Shown: positions 12,437-25,798, counted from the stretch's first letter. The stretch: 64,000 nt of DNA from Sphyrna mokarran (GCA_024679065.1 JAGIQG010000023.1:10540001-10604000); one strand, 5' to 3'. Notes: a model not told the origin generated them from the letters alone. Program-made: numbers and translations.

Positions 12437-12755
12437 GGTGGCACAGTGGTTAGCACTGCAGCCTCAGAGGATTAGGGACCCGGGTTCAATTCTAACCTTG
12501 CATTGATGTCTGTGTGGGATGTGCACATTCTCCCCTTGTCTGCATGGGTTTCCTCCGGGCACTCCAGTTTCCTCCCACATTTCAGAGATGTGTGGGATAC
12601 ATTGATTGGCCATGCTAAATTGACACTAGTATCAAGGGGATTAGTAGGGTAAATATGTGGGTTTACAGGAATAGGGCCTTGGTGGGATCATGGTTGGTGC
12701 AGACTCAATGGGCTGAATGGCCTCCTTTTATGCTGTGGGGACTCTATGACATTCT
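12437..12755 (+). mobile_element. Full-length V-SINE (HE1-like)
   Basis: A box ggcacagtggttagc, B box gggttcaattc, V-domain, gggctgaatggcct tail. Confidence 0.9.
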
Positions 12756-13420
12756 GTGACAATCAGTCTTTGCCTCTTTCTGTGCTTTGCTTCTGCATTC
12801 TCACACTATCTGCCTCACCCTAGCTCTGTCCTCCCTGAAACACCAGCTCCTCATCGACAACAAGGAACAAACTGGGATTTTTTTCCAACTTGTTCCAAAC
12901 AAGTTCTGTTGTGTCGCACCTCGACCAGAAGGAAAACTCTCAAGGAGTTTCACATGGTGCAGGTTGCAGAGAGAAATAGAGAACCTGGAACACATTTGTG
13001 CCTCAAAAGGCACACTACAGCCTTCTGATCTCAATATCAAATTCAACAACTTCAGATGATTTGCTCGACCCCACCTCGATTCCTTTGTTTTCGTTCTATT
13101 TTATTGAATTTTTTACTTTTATTTCTTTATTGTCTTCCTTAATTTTTCACCCCTCCCCTACTCTTTCTCGCTACTTTATCCCTTTTCCCTTCCCCTTTCT
13201 CCCCCTTTGTTTCTCTTTTTCTAAATCTGACCTCTGCCCCATCCATTTTCCTCCTCCCCCAACAACTTCATTTTAGCTTCTCTGTCGTTTGGCCATTCAC
13301 AACTTTTAATCTCTCTGCGGACACTATTACTGCTTTCCCTGGTTTCTGTGGCTATGACCAATCTTTCATTCCCTCATACTGCAGTATAAATATCTCCCAC
13401 TTTCTATGCCTTTTAGCTTT
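12756..13420 (+). mobile_element. Degenerate Penelope-like 3' fragment
   Basis: GTLQPSDLNIKFNNFR resembles the GIY-YIG C-terminus also seen at 41100-41192; followed by a pyrimidine-rich UTR. Confidence 0.6.
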
Positions 13421-13515
13421 CTGTCTTAAAATGTGACTGCTTAGTTTCAAACCGTGACTCCCTACTTCTAGATTCTCTGATAGAGGAAACATCAAATGTA
13501 CATTCACCTTGTCAT

Positions 13516-13893
13516 AGAGTCAGAGAGGTTTGCAGCATGGAGACACGTCCTTCGGCCCAACTTGTCTTTTTTTTAAACTAAGCTGGTCCCGATTAACCAT
13601 GTTTGGCCCATATCCCTCTATATCCATATTATCCGTATAACAATCCAAATGTTTTTTGAAAGACAAAGTTGTACTCGCCTGTACCACTACCTCTGGCAGC
13701 TTCTTCCAGACACTCATCACCCTCTGTGTGAAAAGATTTGCCCCTCTGGACCCTTTTGTTATCTCTCCCTTCTCATCTTAAACCTATGCCCCCTAGTTTT
13801 CAAATCCCCTATCTTTGGGAAAAGCTATTGACTATCTAGCTGATCAGTTCCCCTCATTATTTTATAGATCTTTATAAGATCACCCTTAAGCCT
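13516..13893 (-). mobile_element. CR1 3' end
   Basis: ORF 13520..13720 VWKKLPEVVV...FKKHLD, and CR1 tail. Confidence 0.8.
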
Positions 13894-13929
13894 CACATTG
13901 TAAGGCTGGAAGAAACCTAACTTACCTTT

Positions 13930-14535
13930 TAATTGAAACAATAATTTTTAGTTAATTGCTCAACGCAAACAAAAACTAAGCCACAGAGATTAACTCTTTA
14001 GTGACCCATGTGAGCACCAAGATCGTATTTTACAAGGAGTGGTTAGCAAGATAGAGAAAACCTAATGAGACTGAAATTATCCTGAGAGCCATAGGTGCAG
14101 AACAAAGGCTGGACATTGGTTTCCCACGCGGAGCAAGCCCACATCAGCTAGATGTGTGCAGAGCCGCAGTTTTATACTGAGCAGGTTAGTCCCTCCCCTT
14201 TAATTATCCTTGGGCTCAGAAACAGGCAGACTGAGAAAAACTCATGAGAAAGAATGAAAGGATTCATTTTTTCTTCTCAAGTTTCTTTCCACATTTTCCA
14301 TTGTGACAAAGTCCGGAAGTAAGGAATGTTCTGATTTGGTGGAATCTGGTCCCACAAAAAGCAGATAATCCCACAAAAGCAGATAATCAGAGGGTTGCCT
14401 GTTGGGGAAATTGGGTACAAAAACTGTGCCCACAATTTTTGCCCATCGGGCTCGCCGGGCCAAGGTGTAATTCACCTTCTCAGCCTCAGTCAACGTAATT
14501 TCACATTGGTTGGTCAATTAAGAGTCAGCCAGTGT
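13930..14535 (-). mobile_element. LTR-like repeat, copy A
   Basis: Reverse complement of 15222-15345 plus 16648-17105; has CCAAT, TATAAAA and AATTAA motifs in LTR order. Confidence 0.6.
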
Positions 14536-15221
14536 GAAACACACACATGTAAAGGCACAGCCCTGACAGCGAGGGCGGGAAGAAGGCAGGAGCTGATAAC
14601 AGGGAAGGTGTGGGCTGATGTTTGCAATGCGTTCCCTCAGGGGAATGGTTGGTCTAGAGTTGTTTCAGGGAACTGGCGACCTGTGAAATATAAATATCAA
14701 TGGAAAGAGTGTCGGGCAGAACATTCAAACACAATGTGCATATTAAAATCACCCATGATTACTGCGTACCATGCTTGCAAGCCCCCAGATTTCCTGGTTT
14801 ATACTGTGCTCCACTGAGGAACTACTGCTTGGGGCCTATAGATTACACCTACCTTTACTTCTTCCCTTTACTATTTCACATCTTGATCTCCGGTGCTTGT
14901 GTAATTTCTCATACTGCATTGATCCCTTTCTTCACCAGAAAAGCTTCTCTACCTCCTTTTCCTTTCAATCTATCTTTCCAAAGTGTTGAGTACCCTTGGA
15001 TATTCAATTCCCACACCTGGTCTCCTTGTAACCATGTCTCAGTAATTGCCACCAAACCATATCTTTCTGCTTTTATTTCCAATATTAACTATTAATTTTA
15101 TTCCAAGTGCTTTGTGTGTTCATATGCAAAGCTTTTAAATTTGTTCTATTGGTAAATTTCCCTATTCTTTTATAATTCCTTGGTACATAAAGACTTACAC
15201 CCATTCCGTCTCTCAGTTTTA

Positions 15222-17105
15222 TTGGCTGACTCTTAATTGGCGAACCAATGTGAAATTCTGTTCACTGCGTCTGAGAACGTGACTTTCGACCTCCAGGCCC
15301 GGCAAGCCCGATGGGCAGAAAATTGAGGGCACAGTTTTTGTGTCTGGATGCCTGTGAATCAGACTGCAATTACAAACAGGTGGGCGGATTGGCTGATGCC
15401 AAAATAAAGGCGATTTGATAGCCGATCCCAGTAGCTGTGCGGGTCTTCTGGTTTCTACCACACAGTGAGTCAATCCCTTCCGCGGGAGCCACCTGGTATC
15501 GTCTCCTTGGGCACAAGAGAGGGTATTCTGTGACTGGCCGAGAAACAAATAGCGGGGGCGATGCATGCTAGGTGCACCACCACTACCACCGGACTGCCAG
15601 CCAGGAGCGGTATCGCTGGAATGGACTGTGGTGTGTGTTTCGTAGCTGTGGTATTCTTGGCGTTCTAGACCACAGTGAGTCACTCCTTACCAATGGTCCC
15701 GCAGGGAATTCAGGCCTTCAAGCTGGCAGGCGATGGCCCTGAAGGGAATTTGACTGGCCGAGAACAGCCAACATGCTTCTATACCTATAAACCTATACCT
15801 ATAAACAGCCAACATGCTTCTATACCTATATAATCGGTGAAAAAAAGTTTTGTCTCGACAGGTTCCGGCTTGTCCCGGGGATAGTTGGTGATCCGCTGGC
15901 GGATGCGGTCACACCTATCTAGGTAGTAGAAAGCACCCGCGACCTCCTACCCACACAATTCGGTACAGAGGGTAAGACGAACGAACCAAACCTGGTGTGA
16001 CACGGAGAAAGGACGTAGTGCCCCGTCTTGTCTCTGATGATCACTACCAGACGTTGACGAAAGATAATAACGGCACCGATTTCCACCCAAGGTGTCGCGG
16101 TACGTATGGGCAGCACGTCAGCCCAGTGATTAGCACTGCTGGCTGGCCAGCTATAAGGACCCAGGATCGACTCCCGACCTTGGCCCGTGGCTGGGGGAGT
16201 TTGCACATTCTCCCCGTGTTTGCGTGGGTTTTCCCCGGGTACTCCGGTTTCCTCCCACATCCCCAAAAACGTGCTAACTAGGTTAATTGGCTAAGACAAA
16301 ATTGTCACGTCACCTAATCTGGCTCCCCTTGATTCAGCCTAAATATATCCCCCAAATTCTAAATTCCGTCCCTTGTGCAAGAGAGTCGAGCACCGACCAC
16401 ACAGTACCGACAAAAGGCTCACTAAAATGCCCATAAACATCAGGGATGACCGTAAACAGAGCTAGCTATAAAATCTTAGCTTAGATCCCAGCTCACACCC
16501 CAGCTAATAACATCTTAGCAGGGAATCCAACCGAGCCACAAATTAAGATCAAGTAGACCCTGGTCAGGGTTCTGCTAGTGGTAGACCAAACCGTTGACGA
16601 GCGACGTAAAGACTCGGAAAAGGCACTCACTCGAGTGTATTAAAATAGCCCTCTGATTATCTGCAGTGAGCTTTTTGTGGGGCCAGATTCTGTCAAATCA
16701 GAACATTTCTTATTTACAGACGTTGTTGCTATGGAAATTATGAAAAGTAACTTGAGAAGAAAGAATGAATCCCTTCATTCTTTCTTACGGGTTTTTCTCA
16801 GTCTGCCCATTTCTAAACTATGGACAATTACAGGGGAGGGAGTGGCCTGTTCAGTATAAAACTGTGGCTCTGCACACATATAGCCAATGTGGGCTTGCTC
16901 ACCGTGAGGAACTAATGTCCAACCTCTGTTCTGCACTTATGGCTCTCAGGATAATTTCAGTTTCATAGGTTTTCTATGTCCTAGTAACAACTCCTTGTAA
17001 AATATGATCCTGGTGCTCACACAGGTCGCTAAAGAATTAATCTCTCTCTGTGGTTTAGTTTTTGTTTGCGTTTAGCAATTAAAACTAAAATTTATTGTAT
17101 AATTT
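15222..17105 (+). mobile_element. LTR-like repeat, copy B, with an extra 1.3 kb CpG-rich segment (15345-16648) containing a V-SINE (16107-16305)
   Basis: Inverted homology to 13930-14535; TATAAAA near 16855. Confidence 0.6.
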
Positions 17106-17109
17106 ACAG

Positions 17110-18170
17110 TAACGATCCGTCACATCACTAACCTGCATTCTTACCTCCTCCTTTAATCTGGGTTTTCTGATTTCCTTGACAAGTGAACCCTCCCCCTACC
17201 ATTCAGTTTAAAACCCGATTTACAGTCCTTGTTATGCAGTTCACTCAGACTCTGGTGCCTGCATGATTCAATCCAATCAGAACAGGTCCTTTCTTCCCTA
17301 GTACTGGTGCCAATATCCCATTAACTCTTCTCCCCACACCAATCTTTAAGCTTTGCATTTACCTGCTAATTGGAAACTGTGCCAATTAGCTTGTGGCTCA
17401 CGTAGTAATCCAGAGATTAGTATCTTTTAGGTTTTGCTTTTTAATTTCGCTCCGAGCTGTTCACACTCCCTTACCAGAACTGCTACCCTTGTTTTGTCTA
17501 CCGCATTTGTACCCTCATGGACTACCACAACTGGACCTTTACCGTGCCACTCCAAGTTCCTCTGCAGCTCAGATGAGATATTCCGAACCCAAGCACCAAG
17601 TAGGCAACACAACCTTTGGTACTCTCGATCCTGGTCACAGAGGACAGTGTCAATGTCTCTTAATATACTATCCCCAATTACAACTCCATTTCTTTTCTCT
17701 CCCCCACCTGGATGGCTCCCTGCACCAAAGTGTTGCGCTCTGTTGTCCCCGTTCCCATCCACTGCAGGGAGCAAGAATCTGGAACATGTTGGATAAGGAC
17801 AAGGGCTGAGGCTCCTGCAACCCGACTGCTTGGATCCCTCTACGTTCCTCATTCACTGCCACACTCTTCTATCCCTGACTGATAGCTGAAATCAAGTTAG
17901 TTTGTCTAAAGGGTATGACTGCCTCCAGATAACAAAGAACAAAGAGCAACACAGCACAGGAAACAGGCCCCCTCGGCCGAATGAGCCCGTGCCGCCATTT
18001 TAATCTTCCCCATGCCTGATGTGTTGCAGAATCCGAAGCTCAGAATCCAGCTCATCAACGCTGATTTGGAGCTGCTCGAGCAACAAATATTTACTACAGA
18101 TGTGGTCACTGGGAACCACCAGCTCCCACACCATGCAGGAACAACACATCACCTGATCCTCCACCCGTTT
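17110..18170 (-). mobile_element. CR1 ORF1 (SGNH esterase-like) fragment
   Basis: ORF 17427..17852 VVIGDSILR...CCLLGAWVRNIS...VVVHEGTNAV. Confidence 0.8.
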
Positions 18171-18890
18171 TTTATTTCATTAGTTTTGAATTTGTGTTTT
18201 TTTTTATTTTTTAACTGATTTCATATCTCTGCTTATTATCTCAATCTGAATACAACTTATCACCAGTAATTTAACACAGATACAGATTTAGCAGATTCCA
18301 GATTAGCTAATCAAATCACAGCCTTACTCTGAAGTTACTTTTCAGTTCCCACCAGCTGAAACACTCAGAATGAGAATCCCTTACCGTCTCAGGTTCAACT
18401 CTATCCCGTTCTGTCCACTTCTGAAGTCAGGTCCATTAGTTACCTGGGCTGTGACGACACAGTTTGATTTCTTTTTACCTCTCACTTGCCATCGAGTCTC
18501 CCTCGCAGGTCCATATCTTGGATCCTCCCAAAGACAAGCACCTCATTCCCCTCTGTGCCAAATCCCCAATCAGCTCCAAATTCCCAATACCCTCACTCTG
18601 GCTGAAATCTCACTCAGGCTGCAGTCTCTCTCCCACTGCTGTGCACAGGCTCAGTGGTCGAGTGCACATCCACAGCGAGCAACATTATATTCTGGCCTGT
18701 GTTTGCGCAGTGTTTTGAAGGTGCATTGGTGAAATGAAGCAGCACCACGAATCTGATCTTAACAATATAATTTGATCCATCATTGCAAAGAAGATTGTTA
18801 TAACAATGAAACGGGAGTATTTACTAGGTTATTGTTTTTGTTGATTCTGATCAAACAATTAATAAACTTTCCTCATTAATATCCCAATAG

Positions 18891-19220
18891 GTTCATGTCA
18901 ATTAACTGGACCCAAGGAGATTCATGGACAATTAGGAGGATCAGTCACTGTGAACTGTCAGTATGATCTGAAATACAAAGACAATGTTAAAGACTGGTGC
19001 AGAGGTGATTATTCCTTGCTGTTTAAATGTTCTGTTGTAGTTTCTACTAAAAATCCGAAAAAAGGAAGAATATCACTGACTGATAACAAAACAGAAGGAA
19101 TATTTTCAATAACGATGGATAACATAATGCAGAGTGATGAAGGACAATACCTGTGTGTGATAGAAACATCAACATTTGAATATAATGAAAAGTTTTCTAT
19201 TAATTTGAAAGTTTCTCAAG
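18891..19220 (+). CDS. Gene B exon 2: V-set Ig domain of CD300/pIgR/TREM type
   Basis: cccaatag acceptor, caag|gtaaga donor, phase 1-1; LTGPKEIHGQLGGSVTVNCQY...KDWCRG...C...GRISLTDNKTEGIFSITM...DEGQYLC...LKVS. Confidence 0.95.
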
Positions 19221-19692
19221 GTAAGATGCTGTTTCTGTTTAATTTATTCTGCCTAAATTTAAACATTTTGAAATCAGAAATCCCACCTGTCCAATCAGCG
19301 GGCCAGCTTAACCTTGGCAGTGTCACAATTCCCATGGTCACTGCTGAGGCTACAGGAGGAAGGTGAAGTGACTCCACGCTGAGGCGCCATCAAAGAAAAG
19401 GTTTTTTTTAACCTGGTGAGGAGGCCTCAGTAATCCAGGGAATGCTCACTCCATCAGGAACACTCTCGCATGGAAGGGATCATTACTGATTGGTGGATAT
19501 CTCCATGGGCCATAGAGGAGGCATCTCCTTCCAGTGAAACAATTTCCAGATAAACCCAGGGTTTATCCGGAAATCTCAACATGTGTTAGCAGCTGCTTCC
19601 AATGTCAAAAAATTGCTGATTGCAGCAGTGGACAATTAATTGGTTTAATTGCAGAGAGGCTGTGGCACAGTTGGAATCTTACTGGAGCAGGC

Positions 19693-20660
19693 AAACAAGG
19701 GGTTTCCGACCTGACTATCTGCTCCTATACTACGGTTATATTTGCGGCTGGTTGTCCCTAGAGAGGGAGTATGCAGTGTCCACAGACTCAAGGCCTTTTG
19801 TATCATTGAGCACCACAGGGACTGGGGTGCCTGGTTGATTCCTTTAATCATATTTTAGTTTAATGTTTTAAGTTTAATTTGTGTTTTGTTTTTGTTGAAG
19901 TCAGCATCCCTCTAAGGTGTTGACCTCTTTACTTTCTCCCTCAGTTCGTTTGATTTGGTTTAATTGGTTTATACAAGAGAGTTGCAATCTCACTGGAGGT
20001 TCCCAGTAGAGGCCCCTCTATGAAGCAGTCCTCCCTTAACATTGGGGACCTGAGGTGGAGGGTGCCGCATGTTGCAGACCCACACAACCTGAGGTTGCAT
20101 CGGTTCATAGACTCCCAAGATGCTTGTCCTTTGTGTGACCCTGAGGACTCTGCTTATAAAGGTTGTTTTAGACTGCATTTCCTTTTAGCTATTTAAAAAA
20201 ATCTTCTGTTACAGTTTCGTTTGCATTTCAGCCCCACAGTCCTGATCTGCAGGAACCTGGGGCAGGGAAGGAGGACCTCCTCATGAACCTGCTCCTCGGC
20301 CTGGCCAAACTTGTCCACAACAGGTCCAGGTGGCAAGTGACAAAGGGGGTCATCCGACCTGATTACCTGTTGCTTTACTGCGGCTACATTCACGGCCAGG
20401 TGTCTCTGGGGAGGGAAGATGCAGTGATCAGGGGCACCACCAAATCCTTCCGTGCCCCTTGTGTACCATGGGGGCTGGAGTGCCTCATTGACCCCTTTAA
20501 TTATATTTTAGTTTGATGTTTTAAGTTGCATTTGTGTTTTGTTTTCACTTAAGGCAGTACAGTGACACAATGGTTAGCAGTTTAACCTTTTAAGGTACTG
20601 ACACATTTACTTTGTCCTTCAGTTCATTTAAATCAGTTAAATTGATTTATACAAAAGAGT
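19693..20660 (+). mobile_element. Two tandem Tx1/L1-type 3' end fragments
   Basis: NLLLGLAKL..NRSR (20283..20516) and DLRWRV motifs; 19693-19978 duplicates about 20340-20660. Confidence 0.65.
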
Positions 20661-21689
20661 TAGAATCTGACTGGTCTGGCAATCCAGTGACCCAGAATAT
20701 TGCCCTGGAGATCTGGGTTCAGATCAAACCACAGCACCTGATACAATTTAAATTCAATTAATAAATCTGGATTATTAAATGGTGACCATGACAACTCTCA
20801 TCAAATATTGCAAAACCCCATTTGGTTCATGAAATCAGACAATGTGGAAGAGGCCCTTTGGTCCATCAAATCTGCACTGACATGTCAAAAACATTTGACT
20901 TTCCACTTAATCCCATCTGCCTGCTCTTGGCCTTTAGTCCTGAATGTTGTGATGTGCAAAATCCAAGATGTGAGGCAACCCACTTCTACCAGCCTCCCAG
21001 GCAGCATATTCCAGACAATCGCTACCCTCTGGTGGCTTTATCTCACATCCCACCTAAACCTCCTGTCCCTCACCTTGAATCTGAGCTCCTCATGAGTGAC
21101 CCTTCAACTGAGGGGAACACCTTCTCCTTATCCATTCTCTCCACGTCCCTCATAATCTTGTACACCCCAATGAGGTCACCCTCTCAGTCTTCTCTTCTCC
21201 AATGAAAACACCCAAGTCTATCCAACCTCTCATCATAACGTAGATAATTCCATCCCAGGCAGCATCCTGGTGAATTTCTGGTTCACTGCCACCCTTACAT
21301 CTTACTCCAAAACCATAGTAATGTCATTGACTCCTAACTCCTCTCTGAAATGGCCCAGCAAACCATTCAGTTCAAGGGAAATTAGGAATGGACAACAGAA
21401 AACTGATCTTGCCCCTAATACTCACACACCAAAAAAGAATTTTAAAAACTTGCCACCTATTTTTTTGTTCATTTGTTGTCCATGGACGTCACTAGCTGGC
21501 CAGCATTGATTGCCCATCCTTAGTTGCACAAGGGCATTTGAGAGTCAATCACATTGCTGTGGCTCTGATTTTGGTGAAGGGTCTTCTGCCTCCAAAGACT
21601 TATTACAGGCCAGATCAGGTAAAAACAGCAGATTTCCTCAGGACATTAGTGAAATAGACTGGTTCTTCCAATAATTGGTAATGGTTTCA

Positions 21690-23180
21690 TAAGAACTAGG
21701 AGCAGGAGTAGGTCATCTGGCCCCTCAAGTTTGCCCTGCCATTCAGTAAGACCACGGCTGATTTTTTTGTGGACTCAGATCCACTTATCCGCTCGCTCAC
21801 TATACCCTTAATTCCTTTACGTTTCAAAAATTTATCTATTTTGCTTTAAATGCATTCAGTGTTTCACTGGGCAGGGAATTCCATGGATTCACACTTTGCT
21901 ATGCCACCCATCTTAGTGTTATCTGCAAATTTTGACACACTACACTTGGTCCCCAATTCCAAATCATCTATGTAAATTGTAAACAATTGCAGTCCCAACA
22001 CTGAAGACATTCTTCCTCAACTCAGTCCTAAATCTGCTTCCCCTTATTTTGAGGCTATGCCCCCTAATCTAATTTCACCCATCAGTGGAAACAAATTCCC
22101 TGCAGTTCCCTTCATAATTTTATATTTTATATATTTCTATAAGATTTCCTCTCATTCTTCTGAATGCCAATGAGTATAGCCCCAGTCCATTCAGTCTTTC
22201 CTCTGCTGTTATTCCTACCAAAATAGATGACCTCACATTTACCAACATTGTACTCCATCTGCCAGACCCACGCCCACTCACTTAGATTATCTATATCCCT
22301 TTGCAGACTTTCAGCATCCTCTGCACACTTCGCTCTGCCACTCAGTGTCAACTGCGAATTCTCACGCACTACACTTGAAGCCCAACTCCAAATTATCCAT
22401 GTAAATTGTAAACAATTGCGGCTCCTATACTGATCCCTGAGGCACATGATTAGTCACTGATCGCCAACCAGAAAAACACCCATTTACCCCCACTCTTTGT
22501 TTTCTGTTAGTTAACCAATCTTCTATCCATGCTAATACATTACCTGTAACACCGTGCACCTTTATCTTAAGCAGCTGCCTTTGGTGCGGCACCTTGCCAA
22601 ATGCTTTCTGGAAATCCAGATATACCACATCCACAGGTTCCTTATTGTCCACTGCACATGTAATGTTCTCAAAGAATTCCATCAAATTAGTCAAACATGA
22701 TCTTCCCTTCATGAACCCATGCTGTGTCTTACCAATGGGACAATTTATATCCAGATGTCTTACTATTTCTTCTTTGATGATAGATTCAAGCATTTTCTCT
22801 GCTACAGAAGTTAAGCTAACTGATCCATAGTTACCCATCTTTTGTCTACCTCTTTTTTTAAACAGTGGCATTACATTTGCTGTTTTCCGATCTGTGGGAA
22901 CCATTCCAGAGTCCAGCGAATTTTGCTAAATTGCCACTAGTGCACTTGCTATTTCTCCCACCATCTCTTTCAGTACTCTGGGATGCATTCCATCAGGACC
23001 AGGAGACTTGTCTAACTTTAGCCCTATTAACTTGCCCAACACTAACTCTTGCGTGATAATGAAAGATTCTAGGTCCTTACCTGCCATAGCCTTCCAGTCA
23101 TCAATTTTTGGCATGTTATTTGTGTCTTTCACTGTGAAGACTGACACAAAATATCTGTTCAATGCCTCAGCCATTTTCTC
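21690..23180 (-). mobile_element. Degenerate CR1 ORF2
   Basis: ORFs 22127..22447, 22425..22904 (QHGFMKGRSCLTNL...LDFQKAF) and 22926..23174. Confidence 0.9.
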
Positions 23181-23855
23181 TTCTCATTTCCAGTCATTAC
23201 ATCCCCGTTTTATCCTCTAAACGTTCATGGTCATCATTAGATTATAATTCCAGGTTTTTTTTATTCAATTCAAATTCTGCCATCTGCCGTGGTGGGATTC
23301 GATCATGGGTTCCCAGATTATTAGCTGAGTTACTGGATTAGTGGATAGTGGATAGTTACTGGATAGTGTCATGATAATACCATTGACCATCGCTTCCCCT
23401 AAAGTGGCTTATTGCTGAGGTTGCTGCCATTGCCAATGACATGTAGCATCAGGAATACATTGGGTGACCCTCTTGTCACCTCCCACTACCACTGCCCAAG
23501 TCTCCCTGCCTCCCAGTCCACCACATACACAAAGTACTTTCAATAATAAAACGTTCAACAAATTCCTCTCTTTTAGACCAACCACAAAGTTCAACAATAA
23601 GCCCGACAACCAGTGCAGCAAGAAGTACCAACGCTTCTGTCAACACAATAGGAAAAACCAAGGCTTCTGTTACCACATCTCTCATCACTTCACCTACCAA
23701 TGACTTTGACTAGTAAGTGCTGCAAAAACTGAATTCAATATATGTATACACACTATCTGTAGTGGTCCACAGAACATTGTTAAGGAGAACTCCTACTTAA
23801 CTGGCTGAAAAGTAGTGCTTCATGCTTCAATCAATGTCAGTTGTCATTATTGAGA
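22285..23855 (+). repeat. Segmental duplication, copy 2 (partner 1-1556)
   Basis: Direct alignment by eye to the window start. Confidence 0.95.
23577..23712 (+). CDS. Gene B exon 3: Ser/Thr-rich (mucin-like) stalk
   Basis: ctcttttag acceptor, ta|gtaagt donor, phase 1-2; (D)QPQSSTISPTTSAARSTNASVNTIGKTKASVTTSLITSPTNDFD. Confidence 0.85.
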
Positions 23856-24994
23856 TGAGCTCCAACTTCATTTTCCAGATTTATTAATTGAATTCAGTTC
23901 CACTAACTGCTGTAACGGGATTTGAATCCATTTCTCTACGCCTATATCCTAGGATTACTAGTCAACTATTGGCACTGAGCTTAGACCTACAGCCTCTATT
24001 GCCTGGGCAGCACATGATTGGGAACATCATTTCTAACCTTGTGTTGGAGGATATTTCATTGATGAAAGAGATAGTTGGGCTTAGGACATAAGGAATTCCT
24101 GCAGCAATGTCCTGGGACCCAAGTTGACAGGGTTCAAAGAACAACAGCCATATTCCTTACTGCTGAACATGACTTCAATCAGAGGAAGGTTTCTCTCCCA
24201 ATTCCCCGCTAAAATCAAAATCAATACTGTGCATCTTTACCATAAATATAGAACTATTCTGCAAATATCTCACCAAGACCTTTTTAAAATGCTGAAACGA
24301 AGAGACACACATAGTATATAAATTTACTTCCATTCCGCAAAACTTAAAATAGATCCTTTTTTGGCTCTGACATTGAACAGATGAACATGAATTGCTGATA
24401 GTCTATATTTTTCTTAAGATGATTAAATAAAACTTATTGAATTATATCTTCCCCCTTCCCTTTGCACAGTGCCATGTTGTGATGTTCTAAATCTATCCTC
24501 TGTAGGATCTCCATGGGCTAATCTGCCAGGGAGAACTATTGTAAAGCACACCAAAAGTAAGCTTCAATATACCCTCATATTCAGCATTTAATCTTCCTCA
24601 GAAGCAAATGGGGACAAGTTCAGGAAATGGAAAACATTTAGTCTGTGTAAAATCAATCCCAGTCACTTACAGCAGTGCTGTCTATCATGGTTAATGGCAG
24701 AATTGCCCAACTCTCTGTCCTGCGTTGGCATTGTGTACAGCCAAATAAATGTAACAGCGTTCTACATGCGTGTGTATGTTCGTATGTCCCACTCGACAGG
24801 AGGGGTAGCCATTGCAACATCCAATTATTCGCATCCTGGATATCAGCTTTTGAACAACCCTTGCTAGTGTTGTAGGAAAAGGAATTTAGCAAGAACACAT
24901 TAAATATCCACGCACCAATCTTTGCACTGCATAGTTCCATGGGCACTGAGTTCTCTTAAATGGCATCAGACAGTATAGCGGGACAGTGATGAGC

Positions 24995-25302
24995 AGGGTG
25001 ACACAGTGGTTGGCACTGTTGTCTTACAGCATCAGGGACTCAGGTTCAATTCCAGCCTCAGCTGACTGTCTGTGCAGAATCTGCAATTCTCCACCTGTCT
25101 TTCTCCAGGTGCTCAGGGTCCCACCCACAGTCCAAAGGTGTACAGGTTAGGTGGATTGACCATGCTAAATTGTCTCTTTGCATCATGGGGACTAGAAGGG
25201 TAAATACATGGGGTCAGGAGATAGGGCCTATGTAGGATTGAGGTCGGTGCAGGCTTGATGGGGCGAATGGGCCCTTCTGGCTGTAAGTGTTCTATGATTC
25301 CT
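24995..25302 (+). mobile_element. V-SINE (HE1-like)
   Basis: A/B boxes, V-domain, ttctatgattc tail. Confidence 0.8.
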
Positions 25303-25691
25303 TCCAAACTCTATCAGGCTGGAATAGATGCTAGTATGGATTAATGTAGCATCATTGTATTTCTCATTTATACTAGATCAGGTTAGAACGGAATCTGTGG
25401 AATTCACTACCCTAAAGTGCAGTGGATGCTAAGACAGTGAGTAAATTTAAGGAGGAGTTAGACAAATTTTTAATTGGGAATGGGTTGAAAGGGTATAGGG
25501 AGAAGGCAGGAAAATGGGGATGAGGAGCATATCAGCCATGATCGAATAGTGGAATGGACTCGATGGGCTGAACGGCCTAATTCTGCTCCTATATCTTATG
25601 AAATTATGAAAAATGAACTTAGGAGGAATGTTGTATAATGATATCAAACCTGTCTGTCTCATGCTCCATATATCACAATTGTATTTTGTAG

Positions 25692-25798
25692 TGACACGGG
25701 CTGGCATGTGATTCTATCGACAGTTATGGGGCTAATTATCCTACTGTTCATCACTGCTCTTATTCTTTATGTGAAACTAAAGCAGCAGAAGAAAAGCG
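25692..25798 (+). CDS. Gene B exon 4: uncharged transmembrane segment
   Basis: attttgtag acceptor phase 2, g|gtaagt donor phase 1; (Y)DTGWHVILSTVMGLIILLFITALILYVKLKQQKKS. Confidence 0.9.

Noticed and set aside
12437-12500. tRNA-like A and B boxes here and at other SINE heads
   Set aside because: SINE heads, not cloverleaf tRNA genes
16018-16076. CTGATGA...GAAA within a hairpin, resembling a hammerhead or C/D motif
   Set aside because: No convincing stem I/III or closing pair for stem II; the only candidate partner lies in standard SINE sequence 230 nt away
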